Notes under the pieces: model-generated
Database searches by the model: none
Told to the model about the DNA's origin: nothing
The model's input: the letters and a program-made list of their open reading frames with translations, nothing else
Shown here: in pieces, positions 30,029 through 43,042 of the stretch
How the letters are laid out: each line of letters opens with the position of its first letter
Numbering within the stretch: position 1 is the first letter of the stretch
Made by a program: the position numbers and the translations under genes
Origin: a bacterium
GTDB taxonomy: Bacteria; SAR324; JACQKK01
Reading direction: 5' to 3'
Assembly: GCA_965240465.1 (NCBI GenBank)
Contig: OZ251219.1
Span: 566,681-630,680, forward strand
Length of the DNA: 64,000 bases

Positions 30029-31124
30029 TCAACCTACTGAGTGGTACCAACGGGCGGCCCTCAGGGAAGACCTAGGCCTACGCTTGGATGTTTGGTTAAG
30101 TCAGCAGCCAGAGCTACATTCTCGTAGTGAAGCCCATCGCTGGATTGCTGAGGGAGTAGTCCGCATAAATGGCTCCAAAGGAAAACCCAACATTCGCCTT
30201 AAACCTGATGACATCATTCGCTGGCGACCTCTCCCTAAGCCGCCTATGCCCGTAAAGGCAGTGAACTCCCCCCTGCAACTGATGTATGAAGATGAAGATT
30301 TATTGGTCATAAACAAACCTCCCCGACTAACCATGCATCCTTCGCCAGGACATTGGGAAGATTCGGTAGTCCACCGACTACTAGGAATGAACATTAAACT
30401 CAGCGAAATGCTACCTGCAACCTCTCCTGCAACCTCTCCTGCAACCTCTCCTGCAACCTCTCCCGCAATATCTCCTGCAAATGCAATGCAAACAGCCGCT
30501 AATACTTCTACTCCTGCTTCTCCCGTTCTTACCCGTCCTGGAATAGTCCATCGCTTGGATAAAGACACCAGCGGGTTGGTGATAGTAGCTAAAAATTTAT
30601 CCGCCCATTACGACTTGGCAGGACAATTTAAAAAGCATCAATGCGAACGCCAGTACACCGCGGTGGTAGCGGGTACTCCTGTTGGCGGTCGGGGGAGCAT
30701 TCAGGCTGCTATCGGTCGTCATCCTCGGCAACGACTAAAGCAATGCGTGCGTGCCGATGGCAAAGAGGCGATTACTCATTGGCAGGTCATCCAAAAAATA
30801 GGCTCTTTTAGTCTCTGCCATTTACGCTTGGAAACTGGACGCACTCATCAAGTACGGGTTCATTTGGCACATTTGGGTCATTCAGTAGCTGGTGATCCCC
30901 TTTATGGTCGTTTGGTTAAAAATTGTCCTATCTCAGTGCTAAAAGCCTTACAAACCCTAGGCAGGCAAGCATTACATGCCGATAGCCTTGGGTTCAAGCA
31001 TCCCAAAAAAGGCAATTGGTTGCGTTTTCACAGCCCTCTGCCCGATGATATTTTACTCCTGCTGGAAGTACTCCAAAAAGAGTGGGTATCTTCTTCTTGT
31101 TTGCCAGTAGCAGAAAAAAATTGA
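30000..31124 (+). CDS. rluD: RluA-family 23S rRNA pseudouridine synthase (RluD-like) with an internal (ATSP)n insertion
   Basis: S4 domain followed by the catalytic motif HRLDKDTSGLVIVAK. A 12-bp repeat at 30414-30480 encodes ATSPATSPATSPATSPAISP. Confidence 0.8.
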   Translation: MNNLKSWSANQPTEWYQRAALREDLGLRLDVWLSQQPELHSRSEAHRWIAEGVVRINGSKGKPNIRLKPDDIIRWRPLPKPPMPVKAVNSPLQLMYEDEDLLVINKPPRLTMHPSPGHWEDSVVHRLLGMNIKLSEMLPATSPATSPATSPATSPAISPANAMQTAANTSTPASPVLTRPGIVHRLDKDTSGLVIVAKNLSAHYDLAGQFKKHQCERQYTAVVAGTPVGGRGSIQAAIGRHPRQRLKQCVRADGKEAITHWQVIQKIGSFSLCHLRLETGRTHQVRVHLAHLGHSVAGDPLYGRLVKNCPISVLKALQTLGRQALHADSLGFKHPKKGNWLRFHSPLPDDILLLLEVLQKEWVSSSCLPVAEKN

Positions 31125-31654
31125 AAGACTCAAAAAAACCTTTTTTACCAGCTAAGTCAGCAGACCCATCCTCCCCGCATCGGTTGCGGGTGGTGCTGGT
31201 GGAGCCTGAAATTCCTCCTAATACTGGTTCTATCGCTCGCCTGTGTGCTGCCAGTAATTGCGAACTGATATTACTGGGAAAATTGGGCTTTCAACTCACA
31301 GATGCTCACCTCAAGCGAGCTGGTTTGGACTACTGGCGTTTTGTAAGCTGGCGACATCACCCAGGCGACCCCCTAGGGTTCCTTAAAAAGTTGCCCCCGC
31401 GGAGCGTCCATTTATTCTCTAGCAAATCTAAGGTTCCCTATACCCATTGCCCAGTAACCACGGGCGATTATCTGGTTTTTGGCTCAGAAGTTAGTGGGCT
31501 TAGTCCTTCTATTGTGCAGCAATTTAATTGTTATGCTGTTCCTCATCAGCAAGAGGGGGTGCGTTCCCTAAATTTAGCCACTGTAGTAGGCATTGTGGTT
31601 CAAGAATCCCTCCGTCGCTTTGCGGTATTAGATCCTGATCCTTTTAATTCTTGA
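31082..31654 (+). CDS. trmL: tRNA (cytidine/uridine(34)-2'-O)-methyltransferase TrmL (SpoU family)
   Basis: LRVVLVEPEIPPNTGSIARLCAASNCELILLGKLGF..LKRAGLDYW. The real start is probably the TTG/GTG near 31184-31193 rather than 31082. Confidence 0.75.
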   Translation: MGIFFLFASSRKKLKDSKKPFLPAKSADPSSPHRLRVVLVEPEIPPNTGSIARLCAASNCELILLGKLGFQLTDAHLKRAGLDYWRFVSWRHHPGDPLGFLKKLPPRSVHLFSSKSKVPYTHCPVTTGDYLVFGSEVSGLSPSIVQQFNCYAVPHQQEGVRSLNLATVVGIVVQESLRRFAVLDPDPFNS

Positions 31655-31742
31655 GAATTTTACTCTGATTTACTTTTACTAGGCTTAGCTTATGCATATC
31701 TGTTGGAGTGGATCTAGGTTAGTTATACACAGAGTGAAAACG

Positions 31743-32207
31743 ATGACATTTCATGCATTTGATCTATTATTTGGCTTGTTACTCTTATTTTCAAGTTTAC
31801 TAGGCTTTTCCAAGGGTTTGTATAGCGAGCTTCCCTCTTTGGTGTTATTGGCAGCTGGATTATTATTATCGCACCAAATGCACTCTGAGATTGCTCTATG
31901 GCTGGGAGGGCATTTTCCCTTATTTTTGGCTTATCCTAGGGTATTGCAAGGATTAGGATGGTTACTACCCTTGGTGATTGCCGCAATGCTATCCCGAGTA
32001 CTGGCTTTGCTAGGATGCTTTGCCCCAGTTCAATGCTGGTGGAAAAGATGGCTTGCGGCCATCAGTGGTTTACTAAAGGGAAGCTTGCTTGGCTTAGCCC
32101 TTTACCCTTTATTATCTTCTTTACCATTTGTGCATAGCTGGATGCTGAGCTCTTGGAGTGCTCCTCAGTTAGACAGCCTTGCTACTTGGATACTACAACG
32201 GTTATAG
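31743..32207 (+). CDS. cvpA: CvpA-family membrane protein (tentative)
   Basis: MTFHAFDLLFGLLLLFSSLLGFSKGLYSEL plus 3 further TM segments. Start taken at the internal ATG of the track ORF. Confidence 0.4.
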   Translation: MTFHAFDLLFGLLLLFSSLLGFSKGLYSELPSLVLLAAGLLLSHQMHSEIALWLGGHFPLFLAYPRVLQGLGWLLPLVIAAMLSRVLALLGCFAPVQCWWKRWLAAISGLLKGSLLGLALYPLLSSLPFVHSWMLSSWSAPQLDSLATWILQRL

Positions 32208-32279
32208 TTTTACCTGCTTTACACATCTATATTTAGACCAAGCTGCTCTCCGATTTACCCTACCTTTCTGGCCCGACCC

Positions 32280-33431
32280 TTGAAGAAAAAAAATCTCTGC
32301 TCGTGGTGGATGATCGCGGTGCTGCTTGTATTTGCTCCTAAGGGAGTGAGAGCCGAAGCCCTCTCGGAGGTGATTTCGGCAGCAGAAGTGCGAGTGTTTA
32401 ATGGAAATGAACTCGCGGCCCGTCGGCAGGCATTGTCCAATGCCCAAAGGCGAGCTATTGAGATCCGACTAGCAACTTTTCTTGGTACGGTAGATTTGAG
32501 CCGTCATCGTTCATTTTTGCAGGAAAAAATCAAGCAACAACAAGCATCCCTAGCTCCCAGACAAAAAATACTCCGCGAAGAAAGACGCAATAACAACTGG
32601 CATGTTCTCACCCGTACTCAGGTTTCCGATGCCGAGCTCAGTAAGCTACTGAAAACTCTACGCATATCCAAGCCTCAGCTACTGGGACGTTCCCTTACCA
32701 TCATTTGCTTAGGCAAAAAAACAAAGGAAACTCGCCTAGCTGTTCGCAACTTAAAGCAGTTACTCACTGGAGCTGGTGCCTGGGTGCAAGAAAATCGCCT
32801 GCTTGCTCGGGAAGAAGAAGAAGAGTCTCTGACCGAAGCCCAAATACGCTTGCTGAACCTAGCTCATACTCCCTTAGTGTTGCTTTGTGAGCCATCCATT
32901 AAGACCTCCGATACTTCAGGGATATCCCGCAGCCAAGCAATAGTAAAACTCCGCCTTATTGAAGCTCACAATGAAAGCTCGCAGTCTGAAAGACAGAACA
33001 AAAGATGGCTAGCTGATGGTACCATTTCCACCTCCCTATTGCACCGAGCTAAAACCGATCCCTCTCCAGCTGAGCTTGCCCAGTTGATGACCTTGGCTAC
33101 TCAGCTAGGAATACAAAACATATTGCTCCAACTCCGTTTGGGCAAGAGCAAGCAACGACTCTATGACCTATTGCTAAGCTTTAAGGGCTTTGATGAATCC
33201 GCCCAAAAAACCATCTTAGGCTGGTTCGCAAAACACCAAACCTTAAATAGGCTCACCCTATTGGAAACCAATGAGGAATCATTTCAGCTGCAGCTATTCT
33301 CATCAGACAGCCCCAGCCAAGTACGTCGCTCGGTAGATATCGGATTACGCCGACAAGGACTATTGCCCCGCATCCATCCCTTGCTGGGAAATCAGATCTC
33401 CTTCAGTAATGCCCGCAACCACGAACAATAA
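32280..33431 (+). CDS. Hypothetical secreted protein
   Basis: Signal peptide ..MIAVLLVFAPKGVRAEA. No domain recognised. The start is TTG 32280 or ATG 32310. Confidence 0.5.
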   Translation: MKKKNLCSWWMIAVLLVFAPKGVRAEALSEVISAAEVRVFNGNELAARRQALSNAQRRAIEIRLATFLGTVDLSRHRSFLQEKIKQQQASLAPRQKILREERRNNNWHVLTRTQVSDAELSKLLKTLRISKPQLLGRSLTIICLGKKTKETRLAVRNLKQLLTGAGAWVQENRLLAREEEEESLTEAQIRLLNLAHTPLVLLCEPSIKTSDTSGISRSQAIVKLRLIEAHNESSQSERQNKRWLADGTISTSLLHRAKTDPSPAELAQLMTLATQLGIQNILLQLRLGKSKQRLYDLLLSFKGFDESAQKTILGWFAKHQTLNRLTLLETNEESFQLQLFSSDSPSQVRRSVDIGLRRQGLLPRIHPLLGNQISFSNARNHEQ

Positions 33432-33451
33432 CGAACAATAAAATCACCCGC

Positions 33452-36952
<3,501 letters not shown>

Positions 36953-36959
<7 letters not shown>

Positions 36960-38134
36960 TCCAGCCGTAATGGCATCACCACCGAAATAAAATTTTCCAG
37001 ATTTTCACTCTTTATTAAGCAGGGGCTCAAAGGCCCCTTAAATTCCATTTTCACTTGCTCTCCCGGCAACACCTTAAAAAGATCTTTTAGATAACGAGTA
37101 TTAAAACCGATCTCAAATGGTTCGCCTTCAAATTCGGCTTCCATTTCATCTTGGGCGTAAAAAGTTTCTGATTCTTCACTTTCTACCTTCAAGAGTCCCT
37201 TACTAAAATTCAGTTTGGCGGTTGAAAGCTTATCACCGCTAACGGCTTCGGTATAATTCAAAGCATTATCAAGGCTCTGAATGTTTATAACTGCTTTTTT
37301 GTCGTTGTCTTTAGGGATTACCTTTTCAATATCTGGGAAATTTCCCTCCACTAAGAGAGATGTTATGACAGTTGATTTATAAATCACCTTAAAATAACGT
37401 TCACCAAAGGATATTTGAACTTCTTCGTCTTCATCTTTGAGGATTTTTCTTATTTCTGCAATTGTTTGCCGCGGAATAATAACCTCTGGCTGATCCTCAC
37501 CCACAATATTTTCAACTGGAACGGTAATAATAGAAAGACGATGTCCATCGGTAGCTACCCATTTAGATTTATCATCGCCTATCAAACGAAAACAAACTCC
37601 TCGTAAATTTTTCCTTGGTTCATCTTCCCTCACCGCAAATAAGGTTAAATCTATGCAACGCCGCAGCTCACTGGAACTAATGCTAAAACTAGCCGATGTT
37701 TCTATCTTATCAAAGGTCGGATACAAACTCGTATCCATTGAAGACGCTCTTACCCGAGCCTTCTTGCTAGAAAATATCACGTTCTTTTTATTATCTAATT
37801 CAATGCCAATTTCATCACCTGTAAAATAACCGCAGGCCCTAAAAACCTTATTAGCATTTACACATATCTCCCCAGCACTTTTTACCAAAGCACCAGTAGT
37901 AGTGATTATTGACATTTCATCATTAACTGCCGTTATTACTAGTTCTTTCATATCTTTTGAAGAACTATTTTTATCGGTAGCTTGATTTTCACTAGAATTG
38001 TTTTTTTGTGTACTTCCAGTTTTCAATAAAAAATTAGAAAACACACTCCTACTATGACTGTTAACCATGTCGGTAACTGGAACAACGACACCAAGAGAAT
38101 CTAATAATGTTTTTTTTGAGATAGTTAATTTCAT
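36953..38134 (-). CDS. dnaN: DNA polymerase III beta sliding clamp
   Basis: 393 aa, three-domain clamp pattern, C-terminus ..VVMPLRLEW. A low-complexity insert (QKNNSSENQATDKNSSSKD) lies near the N-terminus. Confidence 0.9.
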
Positions 38135-38327
38135 CTTTTATTTCTTATATTAGAGAGAAAGCAAATGAGTAATAAATCATCTAATGCTATGATATGAAAG
38201 GAATAATGTCTTATAAATCATTATTCCTAAGTGTTTCCTAAGTGTTTCCTTTTTGTTGTCATTATTTATAAATTTTTTCTTGTTTTATAATGAGACAAGA
38301 CAATGGAAATGGTTAATCCACCCTATT
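38135..38327. promoter_or_regulatory. AT-rich dnaA-dnaN intergenic region, candidate oriC / DNA-unwinding element
   Basis: 193 bp, very AT-rich by eye. It has an 11-bp direct repeat CCTAAGTGTTT x2 (38226-38247). The best match to TTATCCACA that I found is only 7/9 (TAATCCACC, 38314-38322). Confidence 0.3.
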
Positions 38328-39731
38328 TTATACCAGAAGAGAGACTTGTTTTTGTTGTTTTTTGGTGGAAAAAGGCTTTGCCTGCATGTTTTGCAAGCTG
38401 TTATTTAATTCACGGAGAATTTTTTTAAGTTTGGGTTTTTGGATTATATCCTCTTGAAGTCGTTGGTGGTTTTTCAACATCGAGGAAGCTGTTCTTCCTC
38501 CTAGTAGGCGACCGATTTCTTGATAGGAAAGATTTTGTTGTTTAAGAAGATAAATACTCATGCTACGAGCTAAGGCAACCTGTTTAGTTTTTTGTCTACT
38601 ACTGATGATTTGGGGAGTAAGCGAAAAGAAATTACTTATCTGTTTGAGTATTTGGGCGGGAGATTTGAGAGACGGCTCAGGATTATTTAACCATGGATCT
38701 AGTAGCTGTTGCGATTGAGCTAAGGAAAGCGGTTTAGGTTGATGATAAGCCGCCAACAAGGTAATGGCACCTTGGAGACTGCGGGGAGAATTCAACATTT
38801 TTGACAGCCAGCAGAGAGTAGATGTATCCAGAGTTAGTAGGTGCTGATGAGCCCAATGTTTAAGCAGAGTTAGGGCATCTTTGGGTTCGGGAGGCTGTAG
38901 CTGACAAAATACTCCGGTGGTTAATCGGGATCTGAGCGAAGGAATTAAATGGGTCAGCTGAGAGGGGTGTTGATAGCAACTGAAGACAATTTGGGCTTGT
39001 TGGTGACCGAGGTTATCTAATAAGTGTTGCAAGGTTTCTTGGGAACGAGGGCTAACCAATAGGTCTTCTAATCCGTCTAGGAGCAGGACTTCGGTCATTT
39101 GGAGTTGTGATTGCAGGGCCAATCCTTGGCGTTCATAGATGGAACGTAGTACTGTTTGTTTCCAATCTTCTCCGCTGATTAAGATGGTATGAAGACCTTT
39201 TTTTCTTAATCCATAGGCGATTGCACGCAGCAAGCGGGTTTTTCCTCCTCCAGAAGAGCCCATAAGTAATAAGGGATTAGTTTTTTCACCCGGTTTTTCA
39301 ATGATTTGCTGGCTCAATTGAACTGCTTTGGCGATGCCTGGGTAGATGATAACCTCTGAGAGAGCATCTTTAGGTTCAGTGGAATAAGAAGGGACGGTTG
39401 TTTTACGGGTCTTACCATTGATGAGTTGCGGTGAGTTAATTTCTTCAGTGGGGATAGCGGAGGTTGGTTTTTTTAGTTCTAGGCGAAGATGAAAGCGGTG
39501 GGTTTTTTTAGAACAAGGGGTCTTAAAATGAGTTTGCAAGGCCAAGGCGAGGAGAGATAGGTACTTAGAAGTGATACGTTGCTGAAAAAAGTGATTGGGA
39601 ACTCCCGAGAAAACCACTTCGGTAGCAGAGAGGGTTTCTAGTTTAAGAGGTTTAATCCAAGCGGAATCATCTTCGTCTAGTTGTTCCAGCAAGGATTGTT
39701 TGCAGTGCAGCCAGCAGATTTGATCCATCAA
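38328..39731 (-). CDS. dnaA: Chromosomal replication initiator DnaA (divergent)
   Basis: Position upstream of dnaN-recF-gyrB. AAA+ Walker A GSSGGGKTRLL, box VII LRSRL, and domain IV ..YQEIGRLLGGRTASSMLKN (canonical: GGRDHTTVLHA). Confidence 0.8.
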   Translation of the reverse strand: MMDQICWLHCKQSLLEQLDEDDSAWIKPLKLETLSATEVVFSGVPNHFFQQRITSKYLSLLALALQTHFKTPCSKKTHRFHLRLELKKPTSAIPTEEINSPQLINGKTRKTTVPSYSTEPKDALSEVIIYPGIAKAVQLSQQIIEKPGEKTNPLLLMGSSGGGKTRLLRAIAYGLRKKGLHTILISGEDWKQTVLRSIYERQGLALQSQLQMTEVLLLDGLEDLLVSPRSQETLQHLLDNLGHQQAQIVFSCYQHPSQLTHLIPSLRSRLTTGVFCQLQPPEPKDALTLLKHWAHQHLLTLDTSTLCWLSKMLNSPRSLQGAITLLAAYHQPKPLSLAQSQQLLDPWLNNPEPSLKSPAQILKQISNFFSLTPQIISSRQKTKQVALARSMSIYLLKQQNLSYQEIGRLLGGRTASSMLKNHQRLQEDIIQKPKLKKILRELNNSLQNMQAKPFSTKKQQKQVSLLV

Positions 39732-39775
39732 GTTTTCCTGTTAAGTTATTAGCACTTTATGGGAGTGGGTATTTG

Positions 39776-40054
39776 CTATCCGATGACCTTTGGTACCTTG
39801 AAAAGGCCATCTTCTAAGTAGGGGAGTTCGGGTGGAGATTTTTGCGGGTGAGGTTGGTCGTTGCGCAGGTGAGCGGGTTTGGGGGTGGTTTTAGGTAGAG
39901 TGGTGTTCAGGGAAGCAGTTTTGATTTGTTCAACAGAATGAAGTATTTCTTGGAATTGCACTAGGAAGAGAGATTTTTCTTCCTCAGTTAATTCAAGGGC
40001 AGCTAAGCCAGCAATTCGCTCTATTAGTTCCCGATTGATTTCAGGCTGAGACAT
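39776..40054 (-). CDS. gatC: Asp/Glu-tRNA(Asn/Gln) amidotransferase subunit C
   Basis: 92 aa. INRELIERIAGLAALELTEEEKSLFLVQFQEILHSVEQI is typical of GatC. Confidence 0.75.
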   Translation of the reverse strand: MSQPEINRELIERIAGLAALELTEEEKSLFLVQFQEILHSVEQIKTASLNTTLPKTTPKPAHLRNDQPHPQKSPPELPYLEDGLFKVPKVIG

Positions 40055-40084
40055 GATTGATGTTTATTTAGGTTTTAGGATGAT

Positions 40085-40537
40085 TTAGAAGGGGATGTCA
40101 TCATCCACATAGGGATCTTGGTTATCAGGGGAGGGGGTATTATCTGAGGTTTGTTTGGGAGGGGGTGCGGATCTAGGAGGAGGAGCAGAGTCTTGAGGAG
40201 CAGATTCTGAACGAGGAGTAAGAAATTGAATGTTATTAACAATTATTTCAGTACGAAAACGGCGGATGTTTTCATTATCGGTCCAGTCACGGGTTTCTAT
40301 TTTTCCTTCTAGGTATATTTTGCTGCCCTTATGGAGATAGTTCTGTGCCAATTCCGCCAGATGACGCCAAGCGACACAACGATGCCATTCGGTGCGTTCC
40401 TGTTTTTGACCTTGACGGTCTTTCCACTGTTCACTGGTCGCTAAGGTGAAATTAGCTACGGCATCGCCACCTTTGGTATGACGAATTTCGGGGTCTTTGC
40501 CTAAATTCCCGATCAACATTACTTTGTTCAGTGTCAT
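40085..40537 (-). CDS. ssb: Single-stranded DNA-binding protein
   Basis: MTLNKVMLIGNLGKDPEIRHTKGG.. OB fold, a Pro-rich linker and the acidic tip DDDIPF. Confidence 0.95.
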   Translation of the reverse strand: MTLNKVMLIGNLGKDPEIRHTKGGDAVANFTLATSEQWKDRQGQKQERTEWHRCVAWRHLAELAQNYLHKGSKIYLEGKIETRDWTDNENIRRFRTEIIVNNIQFLTPRSESAPQDSAPPPRSAPPPKQTSDNTPSPDNQDPYVDDDIPF

Positions 40538-40599
40538 AGTACCTCTTTCATAAATGGGAAATTTCTATTTATCAGCTATCTTTCTCGCCTGCCAAACAC

Positions 40600-41115
40600 C
40601 ACGCCCGCCTCTCACTTCTCCCTTCACTCCCCATCTGCCCCCTATCCTTCACTTCTCTCCCGCTCCCCATCTCTCACTTCTCCAACCACCAGCTTGCCTA
40701 CCTATCCTACCACTTCTCCTACACCACCTCTCCAACCATCCGCTCCCTACCTCTCTCCATCCCTCTTGCCAGCCTCTCCTACCACTTCTCCAACCATCCG
40801 CTCCCTACCTCTCTCCATCCCTCTTGCCAGCCTCTCCCACCCTATCTCCAACCATCCGCTCCCTACCTCTCTCCATCCCTCTTGCCAGCCTCTCCTACCA
40901 CTTCTCCAACCATCCGCTCCCTACCTCTCTCCATCCCTCTTGCCAGCCTCTCCCACCCCATCTCCAACCATCCGCTCCCTATTCCTCTCCATCCCTCTTG
41001 CCAGCCTCTCCCACCCTATCTCCAACCATCCGCTCCCTACCTCTCTCCATCCCTCTTGCCAGCCTCTCCTACCACTTCTCCAACCACCTGCTCCCTATCC
41101 CTCTCTCCTCACCCC
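40600..41115. repeat. 58-bp tandem repeat, ~7 well-conserved plus ~2 degenerate units, strongly polypyrimidine on the + strand
   Basis: The anchor TCCAACCATC recurs at 40731, 40789, 40847, 40905, 40963 and 41021, with a variant TCCAACCACC at 41079 (period 58). A unit contains only ~3 G. The + strand ORFs in all three frames are artefacts of the array. Confidence 0.95.
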
Positions 41116-41117
41116 TC

Positions 41118-41678
41118 CTACCGACCCAGCTGCTGTAGGGCTTGCTTCAAACGAGCATCAAATCCCTTGAGATGAGAAGGTAAGGAACAAACCACACTGC
41201 GTACATTCTCATGGGAAAAACCAAGGTTTGTCAAGGCAGAAATGAGGGAATTTTGGTGCCGATCAGGGAAGTCATTAGGAGAAGATAAACGCCCGCTGAG
41301 TTCCAGACACAAGAGTTGGGCGGTTTTTTTACCTACTCCGGGAGTGCGTGCTAAGAGGGAGATATCGTTGTGATGGACTGCGGTTCGGATTCCTGAGGCT
41401 CCGAGGACGGAGAGTAATTGCAATCCTAATTTGGGGCCTACGCCCCTAACCTTGAGGAGACACTCAAAGAGTAATTTATCTTCCAAAGAAACAAAGCCCA
41501 CTAAGGAGAGTTGTTCTTCACGCACAATGGTGGTGATAAATAAGACGATTTCTTTACCTGTGAGAGCCCTTTCCCAGACATCGGGAGGGGTTAGGACCTG
41601 ATAACCGATTCCATTTGATTCCACGATCATCATTTCAGACCATTGTTTTACTACTTGACCTTTTAGATATCCGATCAT
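41118..41678 (-). CDS. ruvA: Holliday junction DNA helicase subunit RuvA
   Basis: MIGYLKGQVV.. with HhH motifs (LLKVRGVGPKLGLQLL; LARTPGVGKKTAQLL). Start moved to the internal ATG 41678. Confidence 0.9.
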   Translation of the reverse strand: MIGYLKGQVVKQWSEMMIVESNGIGYQVLTPPDVWERALTGKEIVLFITTIVREEQLSLVGFVSLEDKLLFECLLKVRGVGPKLGLQLLSVLGASGIRTAVHHNDISLLARTPGVGKKTAQLLCLELSGRLSSPNDFPDRHQNSLISALTNLGFSHENVRSVVCSLPSHLKGFDARLKQALQQLGR

Positions 41679-41724
41679 GGTGGTTTGTGGGGTTATGATT
41701 TGGGGTCTGAGATATGGGGAAAGT

Positions 41725-42285
41725 TTATTTAGTGAGGATTTGTTGAGTTTTCTGGTTAAGAAAGGTGTTGGTGAACATGGTTGCATGGGTGATAGCGATA
41801 GCTAAGGCGTCGGCGGCGTCGGTGGGAGGCAATTCGGGGAGGTTCAAGAGGAGTTGTACTAGTCGTTGTATTTGTTGTTTATCGGCTCGTCCACTGCCAC
41901 CGGTGCATTGTTTAATTTGTGAGGGGGCGTATTCGCTGACGGGTAGTCCATATTTCATCAGGGTGTAGAGGGCGACTCCGCGTGCTTGTCCTAGTATTAG
42001 GGCGGCTTGGGGGTAGCGAGCGGCGAAGATATTTTCTATGGCTCCTTGTAGGGGTTGGTATTGTGTTAGGAGGTTTTCTAGTTTTTCTACCAGGAATACT
42101 AGTTTTAGTCCGAGGAATTTTTCGCGTGGTAGTTTGAGTACTCCGCTGGCTACGTGAACAAGGTTTCCATTAGTTTGGGAATCTAGGATTCCCCAGCCTG
42201 TGAATTGACTACCGGGGTCAATGCCAATGATTCTGGTTTGAAGGTTTGTATTAGTTTCACTGGGCATATTTTTCGCAGTCTTCAT
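41725..42285 (-). CDS. ruvC: Crossover junction endodeoxyribonuclease RuvC
   Basis: RIIGIDPGSQFTGWGIL (catalytic Asp) and ..DAADALAIAITH. Confidence 0.9.
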   Translation of the reverse strand: MKTAKNMPSETNTNLQTRIIGIDPGSQFTGWGILDSQTNGNLVHVASGVLKLPREKFLGLKLVFLVEKLENLLTQYQPLQGAIENIFAARYPQAALILGQARGVALYTLMKYGLPVSEYAPSQIKQCTGGSGRADKQQIQRLVQLLLNLPELPPTDAADALAIAITHATMFTNTFLNQKTQQILTK

Positions 42286-43003
42286 CGGAGAGTTCCAGAC
42301 TGGAGAAGACCTGTTGTACGTCTTCGTGTTCTTCCAAAGAATCCAGCAGTTTTAGGATTTGTTTAATGCTATTTTCTTGTTTCACTGTTACAGGAGAGAT
42401 TGGTAGCCATTCTAGGGCTGGTTCTATAACTTGGAAGCCATTTTTTTCCAAGTGGGAGCGTACTTTTTCCAGGGTATCAACCGCACAGAGTACCTGATAT
42501 TGCCCTGATTGATCTTCTAGATCTTCGGCCCCGGCTTCAATGGCAGTATTGGTGAGGCGTTCTTCGTCGGTGGTTTCCACTTGGAGGGTGCCGCGGCGGA
42601 CGAATAGATGTCGGACGGAGTTGGCTCCTCCTAGGTGGCCGCCAAATTTGCCAAATAAGTGGCGAATGGCAGCAGCGGTGCGATTGCGATTATCGGTAAG
42701 GGTAGCGACCATAACAGCTACTTTTTCAGGGGCATAGCCTTCATAGATGGCTTCTTCATATTCATTGCTGGTGTTGCTACCGAGTCCTTTTTTTATGGCA
42801 CGTTGGACGGTATCATTGGGCATGTTATGAGAACGTGCTTGGAGCATAGCCAGTCTCAGGCGGGGATTGGCTTTAACATCTTCACCGCCGGCTCTAACGG
42901 CGGTGGTGAGTTCTCGTATCAGTTTGGTGAAGGTCTTGCCTCGTTTGGCATCTTGAGCTGCCTTACGGTGCTTGATGGTGCTCCATTTACTGTGTCCGGA
43001 CAA
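42257..43003 (-). CDS. yebC: YebC/PmpR-family transcriptional regulator
   Basis: MSGHSKWSTIKHRKAAQDAKRGKTFTKL; 248 aa. Confidence 0.9.
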   Translation of the reverse strand: MSGHSKWSTIKHRKAAQDAKRGKTFTKLIRELTTAVRAGGEDVKANPRLRLAMLQARSHNMPNDTVQRAIKKGLGSNTSNEYEEAIYEGYAPEKVAVMVATLTDNRNRTAAAIRHLFGKFGGHLGGANSVRHLFVRRGTLQVETTDEERLTNTAIEAGAEDLEDQSGQYQVLCAVDTLEKVRSHLEKNGFQVIEPALEWLPISPVTVKQENSIKQILKLLDSLEEHEDVQQVFSSLELSDEDCEKYAQ

Positions 43004-43042
43004 GGTGTGTGGTTCTCTCTTATGGTTTGCTCTTATTGAGGA

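Noticed and set aside
40554-41175. Three overlapping + strand ORFs (194, 158 and 97 aa; Pro/Ser/Leu-rich) between ssb and ruvA
   Set aside because: The underlying period is 58 bp, which is not a multiple of 3, so each frame just cycles through the same polypyrimidine unit. These are artefacts of the array.
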